From the NCBI GenBank assembly GCA_000004985.1, contig GG738932.1: a stretch of 64,000 nt of DNA. One strand, written 5' to 3'. This DNA is from Naegleria gruberi. Taxonomy: Eukaryota. Of the stretch, positions 57,590-64,000 are shown piece by piece. Within the stretch, counting starts at the first letter, position 1. Each line of letters starts with the position of its first letter. A program made the translations under genes and the position numbers. Under the pieces are notes generated by a model. The model did not search any database. It saw only the letters and a program-made list of their open reading frames with translations, and was not told where the DNA came from.

Positions 57590-60500
57590 NNNNNNNNNNN
57601 NNNNNNNNNNNNNNNNNNNNNNNNNNNNNNNNNNNNNNNNNNNNNNNNNNNNNNNNNNNNNNNNNNNNNNNNNNNNNNNNNNNNNNNNNNNNNNNNNNNN
57701 NNNNNNNNNNNNNNNNNNNNNNNNNNNNNNNNNNNNNNNNNNNNNNNNNNNNNNNNNNNNNNNNNNNNNNNNNNNNNNNNNNNNNNNNNNNNNNNNNNNN
57801 NNNNNNNNNNNNNNNNNNNNNNNNNNNNNNNNNNNNNNNNNNNNNNNNNNNNNNNNNNNNNNNNNNNNNNNNNNNNNNNNNNNNNNNNNNNNNNNNNNNN
57901 NNNNNNNNNNNNNNNNNNNNNNNNNNNNNNNNNNNNNNNNNNNNNNNNNNNNNNNNNNNNNNNNNNNNNNNNNNNNNNNNNNNNNNNNNNNNNNNNNNNN
58001 NNNNNNNNNNNNNNNNNNNNNNNNNNNNNNNNNNNNNNNNNNNNNNNNNNNNNNNNNNNNNNNNNNNNNNNNNNNNNNNNNNNNNNNNNNNNNNNNNNNN
58101 NNNNNNNNNNNNNNNNNNNNNNNNNNNNNNNNNNNNNNNNNNNNNNNNNNNNNNNNNNNNNNNNNNNNNNNNNNNNNNNNNNNNNNNNNNNNNNNNNNNN
58201 NNNNNNNNNNNNNNNNNNNNNNNNNNNNNNNNNNNNNNNNNNNNNNNNNNNNNNNNNNNNNNNNNNNNNNNNNNNNNNNNNNNNNNNNNNNNNNNNNNNN
58301 NNNNNNNNNNNNNNNNNNNNNNNNNNNNNNNNNNNNNNNNNNNNNNNNNNNNNNNNNNNNNNNNNNNNNNNNNNNNNNNNNNNNNNNNNNNNNNNNNNNN
58401 NNNNNNNNNNNNNNNNNNNNNNNNNNNNNNNNNNNNNNNNNNNNNNNNNNNNNNNNNNNNNNNNNNNNNNNNNNNNNNNNNNNNNNNNNNNNNNNNNNNN
58501 NNNNNNNNNNNNNNNNNNNNNNNNNNNNNNNNNNNNNNNNNNNNNNNNNNNNNNNNNNNNNNNNNNNNNNNNNNNNNNNNNNNNNNNNNNNNNNNNNNNN
58601 NNNNNNNNNNNNNNNNNNNNNNNNNNNNNNNNNNNNNNNNNNNNNNNNNNNNNNNNNNNNNNNNNNNNNNNNNNNNNNNNNNNNNNNNNNNNNNNNNNNN
58701 NNNNNNNNNNNNNNNNNNNNNNNNNNNNNNNNNNNNNNNNNNNNNNNNNNNNNNNNNNNNNNNNNNNNNNNNNNNNNNNNNNNNNNNNNNNNNNNNNNNN
58801 NNNNNNNNNNNNNNNNNNNNNNNNNNNNNNNNNNNNNNNNNNNNNNNNNNNNNNNNNNNNNNNNNNNNNNNNNNNNNNNNNNNNNNNNNNNNNNNNNNNN
58901 NNNNNNNNNNNNNNNNNNNNNNNNNNNNNNNNNNNNNNNNNNNNNNNNNNNNNNNNNNNNNNNNNNNNNNNNNNNNNNNNNNNNNNNNNNNNNNNNNNNN
59001 NNNNNNNNNNNNNNNNNNNNNNNNNNNNNNNNNNNNNNNNNNNNNNNNNNNNNNNNNNNNNNNNNNNNNNNNNNNNNNNNNNNNNNNNNNNNNNNNNNNN
59101 NNNNNNNNNNNNNNNNNNNNNNNNNNNNNNNNNNNNNNNNNNNNNNNNNNNNNNNNNNNNNNNNNNNNNNNNNNNNNNNNNNNNNNNNNNNNNNNNNNNN
59201 NNNNNNNNNNNNNNNNNNNNNNNNNNNNNNNNNNNNNNNNNNNNNNNNNNNNNNNNNNNNNNNNNNNNNNNNNNNNNNNNNNNNNNNNNNNNNNNNNNNN
59301 NNNNNNNNNNNNNNNNNNNNNNNNNNNNNNNNNNNNNNNNNNNNNNNNNNNNNNNNNNNNNNNNNNNNNNNNNNNNNNNNNNNNNNNNNNNNNNNNNNNN
59401 NNNNNNNNNNNNNNNNNNNNNNNNNNNNNNNNNNNNNNNNNNNNNNNNNNNNNNNNNNNNNNNNNNNNNNNNNNNNNNNNNNNNNNNNNNNNNNNNNNNN
59501 NNNNNNNNNNNNNNNNNNNNNNNNNNNNNNNNNNNNNNNNNNNNNNNNNNNNNNNNNNNNNNNNNNNNNNNNNNNNNNNNNNNNNNNNNNNNNNNNNNNN
59601 NNNNNNNNNNNNNNNNNNNNNNNNNNNNNNNNNNNNNNNNNNNNNNNNNNNNNNNNNNNNNNNNNNNNNNNNNNNNNNNNNNNNNNNNNNNNNNNNNNNN
59701 NNNNNNNNNNNNNNNNNNNNNNNNNNNNNNNNNNNNNNNNNNNNNNNNNNNNNNNNNNNNNNNNNNNNNNNNNNNNNNNNNNNNNNNNNNNNNNNNNNNN
59801 NNNNNNNNNNNNNNNNNNNNNNNNNNNNNNNNNNNNNNNNNNNNNNNNNNNNNNNNNNNNNNNNNNNNNNNNNNNNNNNNNNNNNNNNNNNNNNNNNNNN
59901 NNNNNNNNNNNNNNNNNNNNNNNNNNNNNNNNNNNNNNNNNNNNNNNNNNNNNNNNNNNNNNNNNNNNNNNNNNNNNNNNNNNNNNNNNNNNNNNNNNNN
60001 NNNNNNNNNNNNNNNNNNNNNNNNNNNNNNNNNNNNNNNNNNNNNNNNNNNNNNNNNNNNNNNNNNNNNNNNNNNNNNNNNNNNNNNNNNNNNNNNNNNN
60101 NNNNNNNNNNNNNNNNNNNNNNNNNNNNNNNNNNNNNNNNNNNNNNNNNNNNNNNNNNNNNNNNNNNNNNNNNNNNNNNNNNNNNNNNNNNNNNNNNNNN
60201 NNNNNNNNNNNNNNNNNNNNNNNNNNNNNNNNNNNNNNNNNNNNNNNNNNNNNNNNNNNNNNNNNNNNNNNNNNNNNNNNNNNNNNNNNNNNNNNNNNNN
60301 NNNNNNNNNNNNNNNNNNNNNNNNNNNNNNNNNNNNNNNNNNNNNNNNNNNNNNNNNNNNNNNNNNNNNNNNNNNNNNNNNNNNNNNNNNNNNNNNNNNN
60401 NNNNNNNNNNNNNNNNNNNNNNNNNNNNNNNNNNNNNNNNNNNNNNNNNNNNNNNNNNNNNNNNNNNNNNNNNNNNNNNNNNNNNNNNNNNNNNNNNNNN

Positions 60501-61340
60501 NNNNNNNNNNNNNNNNNNNNNNNNNNNNNNNNNNNNNNNNNNNNNNNNNNNNNNNNNNNNNNNNNNNNNNNNNNNNNNNNNNNNNNNNNNNNNNNNNNNN
60601 NNNNNNNNNNNNNNNNNNNNNNNNNNNNNNNNNNNNNNNNNNNNNNNNNNNNNNNNNNNNNNNNNNNNNNNNNNNNNNNNNNNNNNNNNNNNNNNNNNNN
60701 NNNNNNNNNNNNNNNNNNNNNNNNNNNNNNNNNNNNNNNNNNNNNNNNNNNNNNNNNNNNNNNNNNNNNNNNNNNNNNNNNNNNNNNNNNNNNNNNNNNN
60801 NNNNNNNNNNNNNNNNNNNNNNNNNNNNNNNNNNNNNNNNNNNNNNNNNNNNNNNNNNNNNNNNNNNNNNNNNNNNNNNNNNNNNNNNNNNNNNNNNNNN
60901 NNNNNNNNNNNNNNNNNNNNNNNNNNNNNNNNNNNNNNNNNNNNNNNNNNNNNNNNNNNNNNNNNNNNNNNNNNNNNNNNNNNNNNNNNNNNNNNNNNNN
61001 NNNNNNNNNNNNNNNNNNNNNNNNNNNNNNNNNNNNNNNNNNNNNNNNNNNNNNNNNNNNNNNNNNNNNNNNNNNNNNNNNNNNNNNNNNNNNNNNNNNN
61101 NNNNNNNNNNNNNNNNNNNNNNNNNNNNNNNNNNNNNNNNNNNNNNNNNNNNNNNNNNNNNNNNNNNNNNNNNNNNNNNNNNNNNNNNNNNNNNNNNNNN
61201 NNNNNNNNNNNNNNNNNNNNNNNNNNNNNNNNNNNNNNNNNNNNNNNNNNNNNNNNNNNNNNNNNNNNNNNNNNNNNNNNNNNNNNNNNNNNNNNNNNNN
61301 NNNNNNNNNNNNNNNNNNNNNNNNNNNNNNNNNNNNNNNN
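57590..61340. other. N run / assembly gap (3751 nt)
   Basis: Uninterrupted n. All ORFs reported across it (1264, 1259, 1286, 1260 and 1585 aa) are poly-X artefacts. Confidence 0.99.
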
Positions 61341-61562
61341 ATTTTTCCATTTTAGAATATTTACAGTAATAGAAACCTCAGGCAGACATTCTCGTTTGCA
61401 ATATTTTAGTGTGTTTCGTTTTCTTCCCAAGAGAGATCCGTAGATATCAGAGATAAACAGACGGGGTGAGTTCACCTTTCGAATAAAAACACATTTTCTT
61501 CCTCCCCTCACCATCTTTCAACTCAAAAAAAAATCAAAGCTCTCATTTCTTCCTTATTCTCA

Positions 61563-61866
61563 ATGAAATCCCATTGTTTATTCCTAGCTCTGCTTTCCTT
61601 CTCATTGAGCGTACTTCTCGTTCAATGCCAAGAAATGGGCACTGTGCCTGTCACTCAAGAATTTACAGATGCCATCGATTCTGGAATGCAAGATGTCATT
61701 ACTGACACTTCCTTTAGTTTTCAATACTACAAACTCATGCTGTTCAACGTTCCTGCCATTGAAATTTGCACCACACGAGCTAAATACCCAACTAAGAATC
61801 CATTTATTGGAAGAACTCAACTCAACATGTGCATTGAATTGGGAACTATTTATCCACATTATGAAG
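61563..61866 (+). CDS. Exon 1 of a secreted SBP_bac_3-like (periplasmic solute-binding protein family 3 / GlnH-like) GPI-anchored protein; signal peptide plus start of domain
   Basis: ATG in an A-rich context (ttctcaATGaaa). MKSHCLFLALLSFSLSVLLVQCQ is a typical cleavable signal peptide. The exon ends in phase 1 at a GTAAGT donor. Unspliced, the frame stops 5 codons later. Confidence 0.7.
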
Positions 61867-61888
61867 GTAAGTTGATTTTCTAGTTGAG
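61867..61888 (+). other. Intron 1 of the SBP-like gene (22 nt, gtaagttgattttctagttgag, phase 1)
   Basis: A GTAAGT donor at 61867 and an AG at 61887-88 are the only combination that joins exon 1 to the downstream open frame in phase. Splicing gives ...YPHYE-V-VEFNWEIVKHLVSKML, which aligns with GlnH ...KYVGFDVDLWAAIAKELKL. The intron is unusually short, so this boundary is the least certain. Confidence 0.5.
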
Positions 61889-62140
61889 TGGTGGAATTTA
61901 ATTGGGAAATAGTCAAGCATTTGGTATCCAAAATGTTGGTTGATAAGATTAATGCCAATTACAAGATTAATTTAAAGGTGGAATATAGATATTTGAATAC
62001 TTCCAAATTGGGATTTTTTGCAACAATGAGACAAGGTGTTGATTCTGGATATTGTGATATGATTTCATCGAATACTACACCAACTGATGAGAGAAAGAAA
62101 GTGTCTCATTTCCAATGTAGTTATGGAACTACAGCTCAAG
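61889..62140 (+). CDS. Exon 2 of the SBP_bac_3-like protein (lobe 1, including the T-x-ERKK signature)
   Basis: Translation VEFNWEIVKHLVSKMLVDKINANYKINLKVEYRYLNTSKLGFFATMRQGVDSGYCDMISSNTTPTDERKKVSHFQCSYGTTAQ. The 'TPTDERKKVSHF' stretch matches the family-3 SBP hallmark (E. coli GlnH 'ITITDERKKAIDFS'). The exon ends at a GTAAGA donor in phase 1. Confidence 0.75.
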
Positions 62141-62224
62141 GTAAGAAATTGATATATTTCTAATGAAAATAACTTTCGTAAATTTTTCTAATGATGTGAA
62201 TACGAAATTATACATGAAAAATAG
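62141..62224 (+). other. Intron 2 of the SBP-like gene (84 nt, GTAAGA...ATAG)
   Basis: Donor aag|gtaaga and acceptor aaaatag| restore the frame in phase 1. The intron is AT-rich and has two TTCTAAT branch-point-like motifs. Confidence 0.7.
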
Positions 62225-62437
62225 GATTCTTGAGATCAGGATTGGAACCTGAACGTAAATTGTCTTCTTTAAATGATTTGAATCAAACTGGAATTATTGT
62301 AGGAGCTTATGCAGGAACAACATACGAAACTTTGGTAAAAACTAAACTCTCTGCAGCCACCTACGTTCCTTTCTATGAAGTAAATAATCAATATCAGTCA
62401 ATTAATGCCAAATCTGTTCATGCCTTAATTGGAGATG
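62225..62437 (+). CDS. Exon 3 of the SBP_bac_3-like protein (lobe 2)
   Basis: Translation (G)FLRSGLEPERKLSSLNDLNQTGIIVGAYAGTTYETLVKTKLSAATYVPFYEVNNQYQSINAKSVHALIGD. This fits the SBP3 pattern G-x-x-V-G-x-x-x-G-T-x-x-E...(hinge)...vdAvi-D. The exon ends at a GTATGT donor in phase 1. Confidence 0.7.
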
Positions 62438-62482
62438 GTATGTTTTTTCAATAATTTTTTAATGATTTTTGACATTTGAAAG
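62438..62482 (+). other. Intron 3 of the SBP-like gene (45 nt, GTATGT...AAAG)
   Basis: Splicing gives ...ALIGD-A-VQYLIWQAANN, aligning with GlnH ...AVLHDTPNILYFIKTAG. Read-through would instead end the protein as ...GDGMFFQ* with no C-terminal anchor signal. Confidence 0.65.
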
Positions 62483-62670
62483 CTGTTCAATACTTAATTT
62501 GGCAAGCAGCCAACAATGCCACCTGTGGAGGATGCTCAGTAAAGATCTACAGCGAACCATATACTTACGGAACTTTTACAACAGGAAACATTACAAAAAG
62601 TTCAGCAAGTTCAATTCAATTTTTATTACAAAATATTCTTCTCATTTCTTTACTTATTCTTTACTTTTAA
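62483..62670 (+). CDS. Exon 4 of the SBP_bac_3-like protein: end of domain plus predicted GPI-attachment signal
   Basis: Translation VQYLIWQAANNATCGGCSVKIYSEPYTYGTFTTGNITKSSASSIQFLLQNILLISLLILYF*. The 'YGTF' stretch corresponds to the conserved YG-x-A/F motif of SBP3. The C-terminus is a small-residue omega region (SSASS), a short spacer and a ~17-residue hydrophobic tail ending at the stop, which is a classic GPI signal. Confidence 0.7.
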
Positions 62671-62674
62671 TAAA
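62669..62674 (+). terminator. AATAAA polyadenylation signal overlapping the SBP-like gene stop codon (TAATAAA)
   Basis: aataaa begins inside the TAA stop. The convergent minus-strand ORF ends only ~40 bp away. Confidence 0.4.
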
Positions 62675-62711
62675 AACAAATACAAATTTCCAATTGTCAA
62701 TTCTTTCAACT

Positions 62712-62975
62712 TTACAATGAATATTTACAAGGAACAGATTTGCAAATTTGTGCTAATTTAGAAAGTATGGTCGAGCAAAAAATTGGCTCCTCATAATAAT
62801 CTTCCAATTGTTCTGCCCATTTGCTTGACTTTTCAGTTTCTCTTTCCAATTTTGACAGTTGACTCAACAATTTCTCATTCAGAAAGACATTTTCAGCAAA
62901 TGTTGGGAACATGACTTTCAATAAGGGAATAAAGGCAGTAATTTGATTATTCGAATCATGATTGAACTTTTTCAA
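62712..62975 (-). CDS. Hypothetical small protein (87 aa); possibly a partial or terminal exon
   Basis: A 264-nt open frame in an AT-rich region: MKKFNHDSNNQITAFIPLLKVMFPTFAENVFLNEKLLSQLSKLERETEKSSKWAEQLEDYYEEPIFCSTILSKLAQICKSVPCKYSL*. A TAA lies in frame 18 codons upstream of the ATG. No recognisable domain. Support is ORF length and codon composition only. Confidence 0.3.
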   Translation of the reverse strand: MKKFNHDSNNQITAFIPLLKVMFPTFAENVFLNEKLLSQLSKLERETEKSSKWAEQLEDYYEEPIFCSTILSKLAQICKSVPCKYSL

Positions 62976-63082
62976 TGAAATTCCAGATGAAAAGTTTAGT
63001 ATTTCGTAATGATGATTAGATGATCTTTATGAGGATTGAAACTAGGATGAGTTTAATGATCAATGGATTGGCGGTTATTCCA

Positions 63083-63110
63083 ATTAATTTAGTGTTTTAA
63101 TTTTTAGTGT
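63083..63110 (+). repeat. Left 28-bp inverted repeat arm
   Basis: Exact reverse complement of 63338-63365. Confidence 0.9.
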
Positions 63111-63298
63111 CCAAATAATCCCACCATTGAGTTTCTTTAAAGTTTGACATTTTTTTTGTTTAACTAAAAGCAACAGCAGACACATTTTCACATTAATGTG
63201 ATTTTAGATCTACTATTATCATATTGTTAATTGTTATTCATCAACATTTCATTTAAAAAAGAAAAGGACGGGAAAATTCTTACAAATTTCAACAATTT

Positions 63299-63304
63299 TT
63301 TATT
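63299..63304 (-). terminator. AATAAA (minus strand) ~90 nt downstream of the Gly/Tyr-rich gene stop, inside the inverted-repeat element
   Basis: Plus-strand tttatt at 63299-63304 reads aataaa on the minus strand. Confidence 0.3.
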
Positions 63305-63337
63305 CACTCTTTCTTCACTCTATATAGAAATATCAAA

Positions 63338-63365
63338 ACACTAAAAATTAAAACACTAAATTAAT
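63338..63365 (-). repeat. Right 28-bp inverted repeat arm (lies 29 nt downstream of the Gly/Tyr-rich gene stop, in its 3' flank/UTR)
   Basis: Exact reverse complement of 63083-63110. Confidence 0.9.
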
Positions 63366-63393
63366 CTAATCTTTGATTGGATCTTTACACCAA

Positions 63394-63849
63394 CTAACAA
63401 CCCAAACCACCATATCCACCATATCCACCATAACCAACACCATAACCAAAACCACCTCCATATCCATAACCACCGCCATATCCACCATAACCACCATAAA
63501 ATGGAACACCTCCATATCCACCATATCCACCATAGCATGGAATTCCTCCTCCGTATCCACCATAGAAAGGCATTGAATAGGCACTTCCATAATTGGTTCC
63601 ATAACTACTTGGTCCAGTATATGAAGATCCATAACTTGAGTATGGACTTGAGTTGACTGCATTCACTTGATTCAAGTAGGATTGAGTATTTTGTCCATAT
63701 TGATTGTAATTTCCTCCAGTGACTCCATAATTAGAACCAGCACCTCCTGATGTACCATAATTAGTACCGTAATTGTTGCTATATTGACAGTTGACCAAGC
63801 AAGTAGCCAAAAGTAAGGTTGCAACTAGAGCAGCGATGAATTTGTTCAT
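63394..63849 (-). CDS. Secreted glycine/tyrosine-rich low-complexity protein (151 aa; GYGG/GYGGYGG repeats); single exon
   Basis: ATG at plus 63847-49 in context aaacaATGaac. MNKFIAALVATLLLATCLVNCQ is a signal peptide. The N-terminal half is N/S/Y/G/T-rich (NYGTNYGTSGG...) and the C-terminal half is (GYGG)n with scattered P, F and C, ending LGC. The stop is TAG. The two overlapping minus-strand ORFs (W-rich, M/V/D-rich) are other frames of the same repeat. Confidence 0.7.
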   Translation of the reverse strand: MNKFIAALVATLLLATCLVNCQYSNNYGTNYGTSGGAGSNYGVTGGNYNQYGQNTQSYLNQVNAVNSSPYSSYGSSYTGPSSYGTNYGSAYSMPFYGGYGGGIPCYGGYGGYGGVPFYGGYGGYGGGYGYGGGFGYGVGYGGYGGYGGLGC

Positions 63850-63910
63850 TGTTTTTGAGTTGTTTTTTTATGTGTGAATTGATTTTGAATGAGGATGTTG
63901 TTCATTGGGT

Positions 63911-63917
63911 ATTTATA
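63911..63917 (-). promoter_or_regulatory. TATAAAT (minus strand) ~62-68 bp upstream of the Gly/Tyr-rich gene ATG; possible TATA box
   Basis: Plus-strand atttata reads tataaat on the minus strand. The call rests on position only. Confidence 0.3.
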
Positions 63918-64000
63918 TGTTTTTTGAAAGATNTGTGTTTTTGCAAACCATNGTGTTTTAACAGTTTGTTTCCAAATGTAAAATGACAAAAAAGGAATGG

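Larger units (their letters stand above)
63083..63365. mobile_element. Candidate MITE-like element (283 bp) bounded by perfect 28-bp terminal inverted repeats, with TTAA at both ends
   Basis: 63083-63110 (attaatttagtgttttaatttttagtgt) is the exact reverse complement of 63338-63365 (acactaaaaattaaaacactaaattaat). The AT-rich internal region is ~227 bp with no ORF. TTAA occupies 63084-87 and 63361-64, so TIRs flanked by a TTAA duplication (piggyBac-like target) is one possible reading. Confidence 0.5.

Noticed and set aside
56757-61514. 1585-aa minus-strand ORF. Also 1264/1259/1286/1260-aa ORFs at 57556-61443, and the 161-aa (55668-56153) and 74-aa (55966-56190) ORFs containing X runs.
   Set aside because: They are ORFs only because N translates to X and never yields a stop. 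The parts outside the gaps either belong to the genes called separately (mannosidase exon, membrane-protein C-terminus) or are non-coding flank read in-frame by chance (61341-61514; 56055-56153 'MECLLFIVNIIEIKIKF...').
61518-61526. A9 tract and CT-rich stretch upstream of the SBP-like gene ATG
   Set aside because: It is probably just 5' UTR or promoter composition typical of this AT-rich genome. There is not enough specificity to call a regulatory element.
61602-61958. 118-aa minus-strand ORF and 68-aa plus-strand ORF (61669-61875)
   Set aside because: They are antisense or alternative frames of SBP-like exons 1-2.
61888-62454. ORF-track entries starting with 'M' at 61888 (GTG) and 62230 (TTG) as independent genes
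   Set aside because: These are internal exons. The 'starts' are non-ATG codons, and both are joined in phase to flanking exons by canonical GT..AG introns.
62469-62720. 83-aa plus-strand ORF (MTFESCSILNLASSQQ...)
   Set aside because: It is an alternative frame of SBP-like exon 4. The frame with YG-x-F and the GPI signal (62476-62670) is preferred.
63356-63662. W-rich (MLWWIWWIWR...) and M/V/D-rich (MQSTQVHTQVMDL...) minus-strand ORFs, and the T/I/S-rich plus-strand ORF 63373-63576.
   Set aside because: These are alternative frames or the antisense of the GGY-repeat DNA. Only the frame with a signal peptide and ATG in A-rich context (63394-63849) is credible.

Overview
About 91% of this window is N (1..54619, 56005..56054, 57590..61340). 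Only ~5.5 kb in three islands is readable, with two single ambiguous bases at 63933 and 63952, so it looks like a draft scaffold. The readable sequence is eukaryotic, not prokaryotic. It is AT-rich, has A-tracts directly upstream of ATGs, and has GT..AG spliceosomal introns of 22-84 nt with GTAAGT/GTAAGA/GTATGT donors. AATAAA/ATTAAA signals sit at or near stop codons, and genes are packed about 0.1-0.4 kb apart. TAA and TAG are used as stops, which rules out ciliate-type genetic codes. No rRNA, tRNA, CRISPR or operon-like structure is visible.

Genes supported by the sequence:
- A lysosomal-type GH38 alpha-mannosidase on the minus strand: two exons split by a 49-nt intron, with both ends running into N gaps.
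- A single-exon A20-type zinc-finger protein (161 aa) with a possible CUE-like ubiquitin-binding segment.
- The C-terminal ~277 aa of a large type I membrane protein whose remainder lies in the 3.75-kb gap.
- A 4-exon gene for a secreted, probably GPI-anchored protein whose core is a bacterial-type periplasmic solute-binding domain (SBP_bac_3, GlnH-like 'TDERKK' motif). This is the most interesting item.
- A small uncharacterised minus-strand ORF.
- A secreted glycine/tyrosine-rich (GYGG-repeat) protein.

A 283-bp element bounded by perfect 28-bp inverted repeats with TTAA at both ends (MITE-like) sits in the 3' flank/UTR of the Gly/Tyr-rich gene.

Most long entries in the ORF track are artefacts: read-through of N runs (the 1585-aa, 1264-aa, 1259-aa, 1286-aa and 1260-aa 'proteins') or alternative frames of the GGY repeat. 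No multi-gene 'system' is visible in the unmasked sequence. Anything in the masked 58 kb cannot be assessed.
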